Of a DNA stretch of 61,117 nt, positions 1 to 8,599 are shown piece after piece. The notes beneath the pieces were generated by a model. The model had not been told where the DNA came from. It saw nothing but the letters and a program-made list of their open reading frames with translations, and searched no databases. Origin of the DNA: a virus (lineage: Duplodnaviria > Caudoviricetes); IMG/VR virus record IMGVR_UViG_3300042465_003982, positions 1 through 61,117 of that record; one strand, written 5' to 3'. How positions within the stretch are numbered: position 1 is the stretch's first letter; each line of letters begins with the position of its first letter. A program made the position numbers and the translations under genes.

Positions 1-6
1 GATATT

Positions 7-363
7 TTGGTCCAGACAATGCCGATCTGCCTCCAAATGGAGAGGCAAAAGAAGCATGTGAGTCTGATCTTCCACAAGAATAAGCTGGTTTCGATTGGAA
101 CTAATCAATTCAAGACACATCCACTTGCTCGTAAGTATGGATATGTTATTGATTGTGTTCATTCTGAGCTAGATGCGTTCAATAAGCTGCCAAAATGCTA
201 CAAAAGAGGCGAAAAGAGGTTGAAATTGATCAATTTTCGCATGAATCGGTTTAATGAATTGCGAAATTCTAAGCCTTGTAAGCATTGTTTGGCGTGGTGT
301 GTTGACTTCTTTGACGAAATTTGGTACACTGACAACGAAGGTTTTCAAGAATTGGAGATTTAA
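7..363 (+). CDS. Zn-dependent cytidine/dCMP deaminase-superfamily protein (start uncertain, may lie upstream of window)
   Basis: HSE (CVHSELDA) plus PCxxC (SKPCKHC) motifs. Confidence 0.75.
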   Translation: MVQTMPICLQMERQKKHVSLIFHKNKLVSIGTNQFKTHPLARKYGYVIDCVHSELDAFNKLPKCYKRGEKRLKLINFRMNRFNELRNSKPCKHCLAWCVDFFDEIWYTDNEGFQELEI

Positions 364-555
364 ATGTATAAGCACGGAGAAAAAGTAGTAAATTCGGAAA
401 ATAGCCGTCCTTGCACCGTAATTGGATCTCAAACCTCACGGGCAAAGGATAAGAAGGGTATGATTTACGAAGAGACTGAATATTGCGTTCGGTATGAAGA
501 TGGTTCTACCGATTGGATTTCGGCAGAAAGCACAAAGAAGTTCCTAATCGACTAA
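364..555 (+). CDS. hypothetical protein (possibly small SH3/KOW-like beta fold)
   Basis: GGAG upstream, TAAATG coupling, beta-strand pattern YCVRYEDGSTDWI. Confidence 0.6.
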   Translation: MYKHGEKVVNSENSRPCTVIGSQTSRAKDKKGMIYEETEYCVRYEDGSTDWISAESTKKFLID

Positions 556-821
556 TGGCATATCGAATCCACATTGATATTCCTCTCATGTCCTCCTCCC
601 AAGAGGAGGCTGTGGTGGCTGCTAAGGCCATCATGGAGCGTCTAGCCTCCCCAGAGGCCCTAGAGTGCGTAAAGGCCCATAGTGGCACACAGGTCAACTA
701 TCGCCTTGGTGACGATACTGACCGCCAGAAGAGCAATTATTTGGTTTTGACTCCTTCTGGGCATGTTACTAACCAAAAATGCAGAATTCTCTTGACAGAG
801 GAGCCATCATCTGTAGAATGA
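555..821 (+). CDS. hypothetical protein
   Basis: TAATG stop/start overlap at 553-557 gives a better start than 513. Confidence 0.6.
   Translation: MAYRIHIDIPLMSSSQEEAVVAAKAIMERLASPEALECVKAHSGTQVNYRLGDDTDRQKSNYLVLTPSGHVTNQKCRILLTEEPSSVE
792..819 (+). promoter_or_regulatory. sigma70-type promoter for ncRNA/tRNA unit
   Basis: TTGACA(792-797)-N16-TAGAAT(814-819). Confidence 0.7.
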
Positions 822-825
822 TGGT

Positions 826-905
826 GTAGCAGGGAACGACAAAGAGCAAATCGTTCCGCCCTAACGGGAAAGCGAGAACTAACTCGCCAGCACATAAGGT
901 GCTGA
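826..905 (+). ncRNA. putative structured RNA, four tandem hairpins
   Basis: GGAACGA/TCGTTCC (833-857), CCC-TAAC-GGG (859-868), GCGAG/CTCGC (872-887), CAGCAC/GTGCTG (888-904); lies between promoter and tRNA. Confidence 0.55.
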
Positions 906-909
906 TATT

Positions 910-982
910 GGGTAGGTAGTTCAATCGGCAGAACCTTCCGCTTATAACGGTAGATGTGTGGGTTCGATCCCCACCCTACTCA
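910..982 (+). tRNA. tRNA-Ile, anticodon UAU; CCA not encoded
   Basis: Acceptor GGGTAGG/CCTACTC, D-arm GTTC/GAAC, anticodon loop CT-TAT-AA, T-arm GTGGG-TTCGATC-CCCAC. Confidence 0.9.
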
Positions 983-996
983 TTGGAGATATAAGT

Positions 997-1149
997 ATGA
1001 TTATGACTGAAGAAGATAGAAAAATCGTACTAGTTCTCAAGGATGAGATTGAAAAGATCAAGGTCAATATGATTCTGGAGAATCGCAAAATTGACCAAAT
1101 TGTTTCAGTTTTAAGTAAAATTATTCAAAAGGAGAATAAAAATGATTAA
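997..1149 (+). CDS. small coiled-coil hypothetical protein
   Basis: GGAG upstream of ATG 997; the track start at 958 overlaps the tRNA. Confidence 0.6.
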   Translation: MIMTEEDRKIVLVLKDEIEKIKVNMILENRKIDQIVSVLSKIIQKENKND

Positions 1150-1453
1150 TACTAATGTTTTTGGTCTGCGTTGGCTTGCTGCGTTTACTGCGTTCGGTGC
1201 TCTGCTTCTGCATCTTGATAATGCAAAGGCTCCAATTGTCTGGTCGTTCGTTGGCCTGACGGTCTTCCTACTTATTTGTGAAATTCGTGCGCTTCAGAAG
1301 CACATTTGCCAACTACAAAAGGAATTTGACAATGTGACTTTTAATAATGAAATTCACAGCGTTCGAAGTGATATGTGGCGAAATTTTGATGAACTTCACA
1401 CTCGTATTGAGCAGTGCTCAAATAGCTGCACAAAGGCGAAGAATCGTATCTGA
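1142..1453 (+). CDS. membrane protein (two N-terminal hydrophobic helices plus coiled coil)
   Basis: AAGGAG RBS; hydrophobic segments WLAAFTAFGALLL and IVWSFVGLTVFLLI. Confidence 0.65.
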   Translation: MINTNVFGLRWLAAFTAFGALLLHLDNAKAPIVWSFVGLTVFLLICEIRALQKHICQLQKEFDNVTFNNEIHSVRSDMWRNFDELHTRIEQCSNSCTKAKNRI

Positions 1454-1475
1454 TACAACTGAATAGTTAATTTTT

Positions 1476-1505
1476 AAAACCCTCTGCTCCAGCAGGGGGT
1501 TTTTT
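1476..1505 (+). terminator. Rho-independent terminator
   Basis: AAAACCCTCTGC..GCAGGGGGT stem followed by T-run. Confidence 0.8.
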
Positions 1506-1507
1506 AA

Positions 1508-1515
1508 TATAAATA
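1508..1515 (+). promoter_or_regulatory. T4-type late promoter
   Basis: TATAAATA, 5 nt before ATG 1521. Confidence 0.75.
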
Positions 1516-1520
1516 GCTAT

Positions 1521-1769
1521 ATGGAAAATTTTAAATCAGCAACAAATATTTCTATGGATGGATCTGGAAAGATTCCAGCAAAAAATAAAGCATGTATGCT
1601 TAACGCCGGAACAGCAACAAATCCAGGATTTACACTAGATTTTAGATCAAATGATGGGACTCTTAATTCTACCCATATAAAAATAGGATCAAATACATCA
1701 GCATTTATTCCTACTCGCGTATATGGAATAACAGGAATAGCCAACAGTTCAGCAATATTTTTTAACTAA
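1521..1769 (+). CDS. small late protein, probably virion (beta-rich)
   Basis: Follows late promoter; G-x-T motifs. Confidence 0.55.
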   Translation: MENFKSATNISMDGSGKIPAKNKACMLNAGTATNPGFTLDFRSNDGTLNSTHIKIGSNTSAFIPTRVYGITGIANSSAIFFN

Positions 1770-2083
1770 TGTATAGTTCTTTTCCCTATAATATGTCTTT
1801 TGACGATGTATATAAATCTGCAAAGGTTTTATACGAACTTGATTCAAATTCTGCTTTAAATTTATCATTTCCTTTAACTGTTGAAAATAATAAAGCATTT
1901 ATGTTTTTCTCAAATACATCTGATTCTGCTACTACATCAATAACAATCAATGAAAATATTACTATTAGATTTCCTAAAAATGATTCAGCTCCAAAATGTT
2001 TTGGATTTCCATTTGAACTAAAAAAAATAAATTCATGGAATACTGCATCAACTGGAAAATTAATAATAATTGGTTTTAATTAA
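1769..2083 (+). CDS. small late hypothetical protein
   Basis: TAATG-coupled on both sides. Confidence 0.55.
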   Translation: MYSSFPYNMSFDDVYKSAKVLYELDSNSALNLSFPLTVENNKAFMFFSNTSDSATTSITINENITIRFPKNDSAPKCFGFPFELKKINSWNTASTGKLIIIGFN

Positions 2084-2799
2084 TGCATTATTTGCGTAAA
2101 TTTTTACAAGAGTCATCAACCCTACAATATCATTCGGAACTGAATCCGAAGTTTTGGGTAAATATTTTTCTTAAAGATGAAGTAAGAAATCATTTAATAG
2201 AGATTTCAAAAGAATGGCTGAAGTTTACAGAAACACCAAGTTCTTTTGTTGACGATATTGTTCTTACTGGCGGAAATGCAAATTACAATTATACTGAAAA
2301 TTCTGATCTAGATGTTCATATAATTTTAAAACCAGAAAAATTAGATATTTGCAAAAAAGATCCAAATTATTATAAAGATAAAAAATTAATTTGGTCATTA
2401 ACACACGATATAACAATTTACAATACTCCAGTTGAAGTATATGCCCAGACTGAAAATGTTGAAATACCAAAAAATCAGGGTGTATATTCTCTAAAGAAAA
2501 ATAAATGGTTAGTTAAACCAGAAAATTTAAATTTAGATTTTTCAGCGGATTCTCTATTGGATAAAAAAATAGAAGATCACATTTATGAGATCGAACACGC
2601 ATTAAATAATACAAGCGATATCAAGGCAGCTGAAAAATTATTAAAAAGATATAAGAAACTAAGAGAATCTTCTATAGCAAAAGAAGGCGAATTCAGTCAA
2701 GATAATCTAATATTTAAAGAACTTAGAAATCGCGGTTATATCGATAAGATAAGAAAATTTATTATAACTATGACTGATAAAAAATTATCTTTAAGATAA
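2083..2799 (+). CDS. Pol-beta superfamily nucleotidyltransferase
   Basis: IVLTGGNANYNY..SDLDVH (hG[GS]..DxD) motif; likely third acidic residue in VEVY. Confidence 0.75.
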   Translation: MHYLRKFLQESSTLQYHSELNPKFWVNIFLKDEVRNHLIEISKEWLKFTETPSSFVDDIVLTGGNANYNYTENSDLDVHIILKPEKLDICKKDPNYYKDKKLIWSLTHDITIYNTPVEVYAQTENVEIPKNQGVYSLKKNKWLVKPENLNLDFSADSLLDKKIEDHIYEIEHALNNTSDIKAAEKLLKRYKKLRESSIAKEGEFSQDNLIFKELRNRGYIDKIRKFIITMTDKKLSLR

Positions 2800-4137
2800 G
2801 TAAATTATAGGTTGAATTGTTGGAAAATTAGCTGCAATATACTGACCAATAGTCACATTTGTTGTATCTACTACAGTAGTATTTACTGAAATCGTTCCGC
2901 CCATATTTGGTGTTGATAATGATTCGTAATAAAATGTTGATGGTATATCTGCTGTTACATTTAATGTAATATATGAATTTTTTTCACCAGGACTACCATT
3001 TACCGTATAAAAATTAGTTAATAAATTTTCTAGATCTGTGTTTCCCTGTACTTTAGTAAATACTAATTGTTCTCCAATGTTATTAGACTTATTACTAAAA
3101 TGTCCTTGATAGAATAAATATACAGTTCCTACAACTAATGTTATATTAGGAGATCTTTGTCCATTAACATAGAATTTTTTAACAGAAGAAGCTGTTTCTG
3201 TTTTTACATCTACTAAAGTATTGTACGATACGCCATTTGAAGGAAGAATACTATCTGTAACACCATCACATGGAATGTTTGCTGACCAGTTTACTATTAA
3301 ATTTGGATCATTTTCATTATATCGTCTTAAATATGCTTGTAGCTCGTTTTGATAATCAAAACAATTTAAATAAATTCCATTTTTATTATAAAGTTTTGCA
3401 GATCCATTAATATTTTTATCTACATTTAATAGCTCTACAGTTCCTCTACCTCTAGAATAAATTTCTAGTGTTGTTAATTTTCCAATTCTATTTTCAGAAA
3501 TAATAGAATCTTTTAAAAATATTATTTCTTCACCATCACTCGTTTCTTCTACTTTTTCTACTCTAAATCTATCAACATTTTGAGTAATACCAGAGTATAA
3601 AATTTGTATTAAATCATCTTCATATAAACCCAATTTTTTTATTGATTCTGCATTAGTTACAGATTTTATAATATTTGCAGTATCTCCAGTAAATCCTGAA
3701 TTTAATGATAATTGTAAAGAATCAACAAAATATTCTTTTTCATATCTAAATTCTCCAGTATTTAATTTTGTTGCGCTAATTTTTGTAGCAAAAATAATAT
3801 TATCACCAGTAGAACCATCATACTGATAAATACCGTCTAAATTAGATGTTATTCCGTCTTGTTCTTTTACATAATAACTATCGGAAATTGAAAATGTATT
3901 TCCATTTGTTATTCCTTGTAAAAAAAAATTTAAATATTCTAAATCATCATATGAATTAGTTTCTGTATAATCAATAATTAATTTATTAAAAGAATCGTAA
4001 AAATAAATTAATGGATTTGAATTTATTTGTTTACCTGATAATGTAAAGTCTCCATAAGAGCTTATTATATTGATTCCATAAGAATCTAAACTCTTTACGA
4101 GAGTAGTATATGAATCTTTTTCGTAATAATCTGCCAT
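2791..4137 (-). CDS. virion structural protein
   Basis: C-terminal ...PSTFYYES...NMGGTI domain resembles those of T4-like structural proteins; G-x-T rich. Confidence 0.55.
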   Translation of the reverse strand: MADYYEKDSYTTLVKSLDSYGINIISSYGDFTLSGKQINSNPLIYFYDSFNKLIIDYTETNSYDDLEYLNFFLQGITNGNTFSISDSYYVKEQDGITSNLDGIYQYDGSTGDNIIFATKISATKLNTGEFRYEKEYFVDSLQLSLNSGFTGDTANIIKSVTNAESIKKLGLYEDDLIQILYSGITQNVDRFRVEKVEETSDGEEIIFLKDSIISENRIGKLTTLEIYSRGRGTVELLNVDKNINGSAKLYNKNGIYLNCFDYQNELQAYLRRYNENDPNLIVNWSANIPCDGVTDSILPSNGVSYNTLVDVKTETASSVKKFYVNGQRSPNITLVVGTVYLFYQGHFSNKSNNIGEQLVFTKVQGNTDLENLLTNFYTVNGSPGEKNSYITLNVTADIPSTFYYESLSTPNMGGTISVNTTVVDTTNVTIGQYIAANFPTIQPIIYLS

Positions 4138-5198
4138 TATCTAGCTATAAAATATAAACTTTGTGCTATTGTTCCTGTTGAACCACTACTCTTAGCAAAT
4201 AATTTATTAGTATTTGAAATTTCTAAAAATATTTCATCTCCCTGAGCTAGAGGATAGCCATTAGTAAAACCTGATGATTCCCCAATAAATAAAAATTGAG
4301 TATTAGAGGCAAGAGATTTAATATTAACTCCGCGCTGGCATGTAAATCCTGGACTAAACTGAACAATAGATTGAGTTAAGCCTAATAATCCACTTATAAA
4401 CGATGTTGGTAAGGTAAAGGTATCTACTTTAACCTTAGCAGTACCGTCAGTTAAAAGAGTTTCAATTGTTGGAATATGAGCAGCAAAAGAGGCTCCAGAA
4501 ATTCCAGAATTTTTTATAGTATTAAGAAGTGATTCTAAAGTTACTCCAGTTATACTTACAGGAGAACCAGTCGAACCTTGTATGAATAGAGCAGTGGCGT
4601 TAGAGTTTGTTACGCCAACAGTAGAACTAATATTTGCTGTCAATGAAATTGGAGCACCTAATACTTGAACCATTAAGGCATTAGATCCCCCACCATTAGT
4701 TATCCCGGCCAGTAAATTGGTGCTAGGATCAAATAAACGAACATAAGTTCCACTAGTAGCACCATCTGGACCAACACCAATAGCCTTTATCTTGTAATTT
4801 CCGCTTGTTAAATTAGTAGAAAAAGCTTGTGTATCAGTATAAATGCTAGGTAATAATGTATTTCCTGCATTGTCTTGTGTAATGACTGCATTATTGAAAC
4901 CAGTACCATTTACTTTTAGTGCAGTTGTGCTATAATTCACTACCTGAATGGATCCTGCTGTTCCTCCACCAGTTACTGTAGCTCTGGTATTTAATGTAAC
5001 ACCAGTAGATGCTAAGTATGTTGGTAATGGGCTGCTAGATGAAACTCTGGTAGCATCTGATGTTCCTCCAAATACAACTTTAGTCAATTGAACATGCGAA
5101 GTAGCACCATAAATATCAATGACAAAATCAGTTGCAATAGTGGCGGTAAGACCACCAGCAATACCTACATTCAAATTGGGATCAGTATTATCAGGCAT
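4137..5198 (-). CDS. virion structural protein (Gly/Ser/Thr-rich)
   Basis: GGAG RBS; beta-rich composition; about 15 G-x-T motifs. Confidence 0.55.
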   Translation of the reverse strand: MPDNTDPNLNVGIAGGLTATIATDFVIDIYGATSHVQLTKVVFGGTSDATRVSSSSPLPTYLASTGVTLNTRATVTGGGTAGSIQVVNYSTTALKVNGTGFNNAVITQDNAGNTLLPSIYTDTQAFSTNLTSGNYKIKAIGVGPDGATSGTYVRLFDPSTNLLAGITNGGGSNALMVQVLGAPISLTANISSTVGVTNSNATALFIQGSTGSPVSITGVTLESLLNTIKNSGISGASFAAHIPTIETLLTDGTAKVKVDTFTLPTSFISGLLGLTQSIVQFSPGFTCQRGVNIKSLASNTQFLFIGESSGFTNGYPLAQGDEIFLEISNTNKLFAKSSGSTGTIAQSLYFIAR

Positions 5199-5236
5199 TT
5201 TTTCTCCAAATTACACTACTATATAGGGTATTCATT

Positions 5237-5461
5237 ATGCTTATAGAACCAACATTTAAAAACGAATTTTCACGACTTGTAATAGAACATGTTTCAAAAA
5301 CAAATTGTACATATATGGATGCAATTTTAAAATTTTGCGTAGATTACGAGGTTGAACCAGAAGGAGCCGCAAAATTACTCACAAAACCAATAATCGAAAA
5401 ACTAGTCGAAGAGGGAAGAGATCTGCATCTATTGCCTAAAAAGGCCAAACTTCCCTTTTGA
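5237..5461 (+). CDS. 33: late transcription coactivator gp33
   Basis: YMDAIL..C...EPE..AKLL.KPIIEKL..EG..LHLL; immediately upstream of gp32. Confidence 0.85.
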   Translation: MLIEPTFKNEFSRLVIEHVSKTNCTYMDAILKFCVDYEVEPEGAAKLLTKPIIEKLVEEGRDLHLLPKKAKLPF

Positions 5462-5485
5462 CTAAACACCAATCTTTGGTATACT
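5458..5485 (+). promoter_or_regulatory. sigma70-type promoter of gene 32
   Basis: TTGACT-N16-TATACT with extended -10 TGG. Confidence 0.7.
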
Positions 5486-5531
5486 ACACCATCGGCCAAG
5501 GGAGTTCCTTGGGTTAATATAAGGAGACTAT

Positions 5532-6404
5532 ATGTCATTTAGCGATTTTAAGAAGCGTTCGAAGTCAAGCATTGAAGATCTAACCAAGAAGATCGAAGAC
5601 CTAAACAAGACTGCCGATTACAAGGATGATCGGTTCTGGCGACCGGAAGTTGATAAGGCTGGCAATGGCTATGCCGTTATTCGCTTCCTGCCTGCGTGTG
5701 AAGGTGAAGATGTTCCGTGGGCCAAGGTCTACTCACACGGCTTTCAGGGCAAGGGTGGCTGGCTAATCGATAACTGCCCGACCACCATCGGCCAGAAGTG
5801 TCCGATCTGCGAAGCCAACAGTGAACTCTGGAATAGCGGAGTTGAGAAGGATAAGGATCTTGCTCGTACCCGTAAGCGTAAGCTAACCTATATCAGCAAC
5901 ATTCTGGTTGTTAGCGATCCCTCCAACCCCCAGAACGAAGGTAAGGTGTTCCTCTTCAAGTACGGGACTAAGATCTTCCAGAAGGTCCAGGAGGCCATGC
6001 AGCCTCAGTTCAAAGACGAAGAAGCCATCAACCCATTCGACTTCTGGAAGGGTGCTAACTTCAAGCTAAAGATTCGTAAGGTTGCTGGTTACACCAACTA
6101 CGATAAGTCTGAGTTTGATGGTGCTAGCGAACTCTACAAGGGCGATGATGAGAAGCTAGAAAAGCTCTGGAAGACTCTTTACAAGCTTCAGGACTTTGTT
6201 GCTCCTGGTGAGTTCAAGTCATATGACGAACTCAAGAAGAAGCTCAATGATGTTCTCGGTGGCGACATTCGCAGCGTTGCCCCTGCCGCAAAGAGAGCGG
6301 AAGATGAGGACGATGTTGAGGCTGCTGCTGCTCGTAAGGCTCCAAAGCCTGACGAGGATGAAGATGCGCTTGAGTACTTCAAGCGACTGGCTAAAGAAGA
6401 CTAA
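5532..6404 (+). CDS. 32: single-stranded DNA-binding protein gp32
   Basis: DDRFW.P.VDKAGNGYAVIRFLP, CPTT..CPIC, GANFKLKIRKV, acidic tail. Confidence 0.97.
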   Translation: MSFSDFKKRSKSSIEDLTKKIEDLNKTADYKDDRFWRPEVDKAGNGYAVIRFLPACEGEDVPWAKVYSHGFQGKGGWLIDNCPTTIGQKCPICEANSELWNSGVEKDKDLARTRKRKLTYISNILVVSDPSNPQNEGKVFLFKYGTKIFQKVQEAMQPQFKDEEAINPFDFWKGANFKLKIRKVAGYTNYDKSEFDGASELYKGDDEKLEKLWKTLYKLQDFVAPGEFKSYDELKKKLNDVLGGDIRSVAPAAKRAEDEDDVEAAAARKAPKPDEDEDALEYFKRLAKED

Positions 6405-6425
6405 TATTTTTTTAAATATTAGATA

Positions 6426-7100
6426 TTAAGTCCTCCACTCAGGAGGACTTTTTATTTCATCCATAAAATATTTTAAATCAGAAATATGGCCGCTATTTAC
6501 ATCTATTATACCACCGTCATCAAAATCCATAACAGTTCCTGCCATAGTATTTAATCGTGTATCAAAATCAGAAACACCACTAGATTCCGTTTGCATCTTT
6601 TCTATAGAATCTATTCTTTCTATTATTACATCTTTTTGTACATTAGTTAAAGCTTGTGTTTCATTTAATATTGTGGATAATTCATTTGCTTCTGTATTAT
6701 CTTTTACCACATCAGATAACATAAAATTTTCAGAGTTTTCTTCTGCTTGTTTTTGCTCTGGTATATCATTTTCATTGTTTGGAGTCAATGAATCTGTCGG
6801 AAAACTAACTGGCTTAAGAGTTTGTTTGTTTGTTAAATTTTCTGATGATGGTCCTTCTGGACTTTTTTCTTTTTCGGTACTTTGATTAGAATTTTCTTCT
6901 GGTAAAGAATCTTTTTTTTCTGGTATTGTTATTGATTCTTTTTCTTGAACAATTTCGATAGATGAATTTTTTTCATCATCATCAATAATAGAAGAGTAAT
7001 TTGCCGATGAAAAAACTTCTTTTTTTTCATCCATCATTTCAGTAGAACGATTATCTTTTGGTGTTTCTTCTTCGTTAGAAAACATTTCTGTTTCTGGCAT
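6426..7100 (-). CDS. acidic low-complexity protein at the tape-measure (gp29) position
   Basis: Directly downstream of gp26/gp51; Glu/Ser/Asn-rich; function inferred from position only. Confidence 0.45.
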   Translation of the reverse strand: MPETEMFSNEEETPKDNRSTEMMDEKKEVFSSANYSSIIDDDEKNSSIEIVQEKESITIPEKKDSLPEENSNQSTEKEKSPEGPSSENLTNKQTLKPVSFPTDSLTPNNENDIPEQKQAEENSENFMLSDVVKDNTEANELSTILNETQALTNVQKDVIIERIDSIEKMQTESSGVSDFDTRLNTMAGTVMDFDDGGIIDVNSGHISDLKYFMDEIKSPPEWRT

Positions 7101-7221
7101 TTTCTGCGTCCTCTTCTAATTTATTTTTATACTGATTGAAATAAATATCTCTTTCCCACGGAAACATACTTTCAAGTTCATCTACAGAAAGAATTTTATT
7201 AGAACATAAAAAGAAATTCAT
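7075..7221 (-). CDS. 51: baseplate hub assembly catalyst gp51 (not in ORF track; frame open to 7269)
   Basis: Hand translation ...YYKMNFFL..KILSVDELESMFPWERDIY matches the gp51 PWER-IY motif. Confidence 0.8.
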   Translation of the reverse strand: MNFFLCSNKILSVDELESMFPWERDIYFNQYKNKLEEDAENARNRNVF

Positions 7222-7250
7222 CTTGTAATAAACTAATAAATCTATATGAT

Positions 7251-7937
7251 TTAAATTAAAGTAAAAAAATTAAGTACTCCGTCCAATCTGAGTGTTCTTT
7301 CTACTCCATCTGCTGTGATGTATTTTACATCTGCACAAACTTTAGGTAAATCATTAATAAATTTTTTTATTTCATTGTATTCTTTTTTAGTAAATAAAGA
7401 AAAAATTTCTTCTATATCAGAACTACTCAAATCTTCAAAGTTATAAATTGAATGTTCTTTTTGAATTTGTGATATCGAACATTTTATAAAATGATCCATA
7501 TCAAATTTTCCATCTATTAAAAGTATTTTAACTATAGTTGGAGATTCAAATTTTATTTTTAAATTATCATCTAATTGCAATTCGAAGGATGTTTTACCCT
7601 CTTTTAAAAATAAATTAGATAAATCTAAACTAGTTCTAATTTTTTCTTGTGTTATAGGACATGTAAAATTAGTTTTTACAATTTCACCTATTGATTTTGA
7701 TCTGAGTGAACAAAAAAGATATTCCATATCTTGTAATGTTATTTTTTCTTTATTAATACCATCAAAACATTTTTCAATCAATTCTAAAACATTTTTAATT
7801 ATCAGAGATGAATTTTTTTCTTCTTTTATAATTAATAAAGATTTTTCATCAGAGACTAAAAATGGTCTAAAATAAATTTTTTCTCCAGTTGAAGGTAAAA
7901 CGGTTTGATACTTTGGATATGATCTTTGAAATTTCAT
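7251..7937 (-). CDS. 26: baseplate hub subunit / tail assembly chaperone gp26
   Basis: P.Y...LPSTG.KI.FRPFLV.DEK.LL, LRSKSIGE, G..NFF C-terminus. Confidence 0.9.
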   Translation of the reverse strand: MKFQRSYPKYQTVLPSTGEKIYFRPFLVSDEKSLLIIKEEKNSSLIIKNVLELIEKCFDGINKEKITLQDMEYLFCSLRSKSIGEIVKTNFTCPITQEKIRTSLDLSNLFLKEGKTSFELQLDDNLKIKFESPTIVKILLIDGKFDMDHFIKCSISQIQKEHSIYNFEDLSSSDIEEIFSLFTKKEYNEIKKFINDLPKVCADVKYITADGVERTLRLDGVLNFFTLI

Positions 7938-7963
7938 AGTTTAAATCTTAAATATATTTGATA

Positions 7964-8599
7964 TTAAAATTCGGGCTGTGTTTGAAGTGCTGGGGATTGT
8001 TGCGCGTTAATACCAACTCCAGTTGGTATTGTAAATTCATATGATCTAAAAACAAAAAATACATCAAACTTTGCTGGTTCTCCTGTTTTAGCACTCATTG
8101 TGATTGGATTTAATTTTATAGGATATGCTTCTCTAAATGTAAATAGCCCTCTAGCATTCCCATTCATATCTAAACATTCTACTTCTACTAATCCAGGTCT
8201 TGCATAATCGTTATATGATCTAGCAAATGAAATACTAGAATTTGGAAATGGTATTAATCCATCTTGTACTATAAGATTCATCCAATTTTCTATTTTAGAA
8301 TATGTTGACCAATTTTGTTCTATTGGAAATGTTATAAGAAGATTTGATTGATATTGGGTAATTGACCGTGAAAATCCAGTATCATTATACGATTGTGCAA
8401 TTGGTATACTTCTCCCCAATCCTGTACTACCAATTCTATCCGTAACAACATCTATTTGTCTTCCGCCAAATGATACTTCCAATGCAGTCATTGTATTTGT
8501 TCCACTAGGAGTATATACAATGACATTAAATCTATTGGATCTTTGAATTCCTCCAGAATTTATTATTAATGATCTAATTGTGTCTATAGAATTGCTCAT
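7964..8599 (-). CDS. 54: tail tube initiator, gp54-like (tube fold)
   Basis: GGIQRSNRF, EAYPI.L.PI motifs; position between gp4 and gp26. Confidence 0.65.
   Translation of the reverse strand: MSNSIDTIRSLIINSGGIQRSNRFNVIVYTPSGTNTMTALEVSFGGRQIDVVTDRIGSTGLGRSIPIAQSYNDTGFSRSITQYQSNLLITFPIEQNWSTYSKIENWMNLIVQDGLIPFPNSSISFARSYNDYARPGLVEVECLDMNGNARGLFTFREAYPIKLNPITMSAKTGEPAKFDVFFVFRSYEFTIPTGVGINAQQSPALQTQPEF

Noticed and set aside
826-905. Second tRNA or terminator
   Set aside because: No acceptor stem or TTC loop, and no T-tail
958-996. ORF track start at 958
   Set aside because: Overlaps the tRNA T-arm; RBS supports ATG at 997
1142-1453. Holin or spanin call
   Set aside because: Two hydrophobic helices only; no adjacent endolysin or lipoprotein partner, and it lies in an early-type unit
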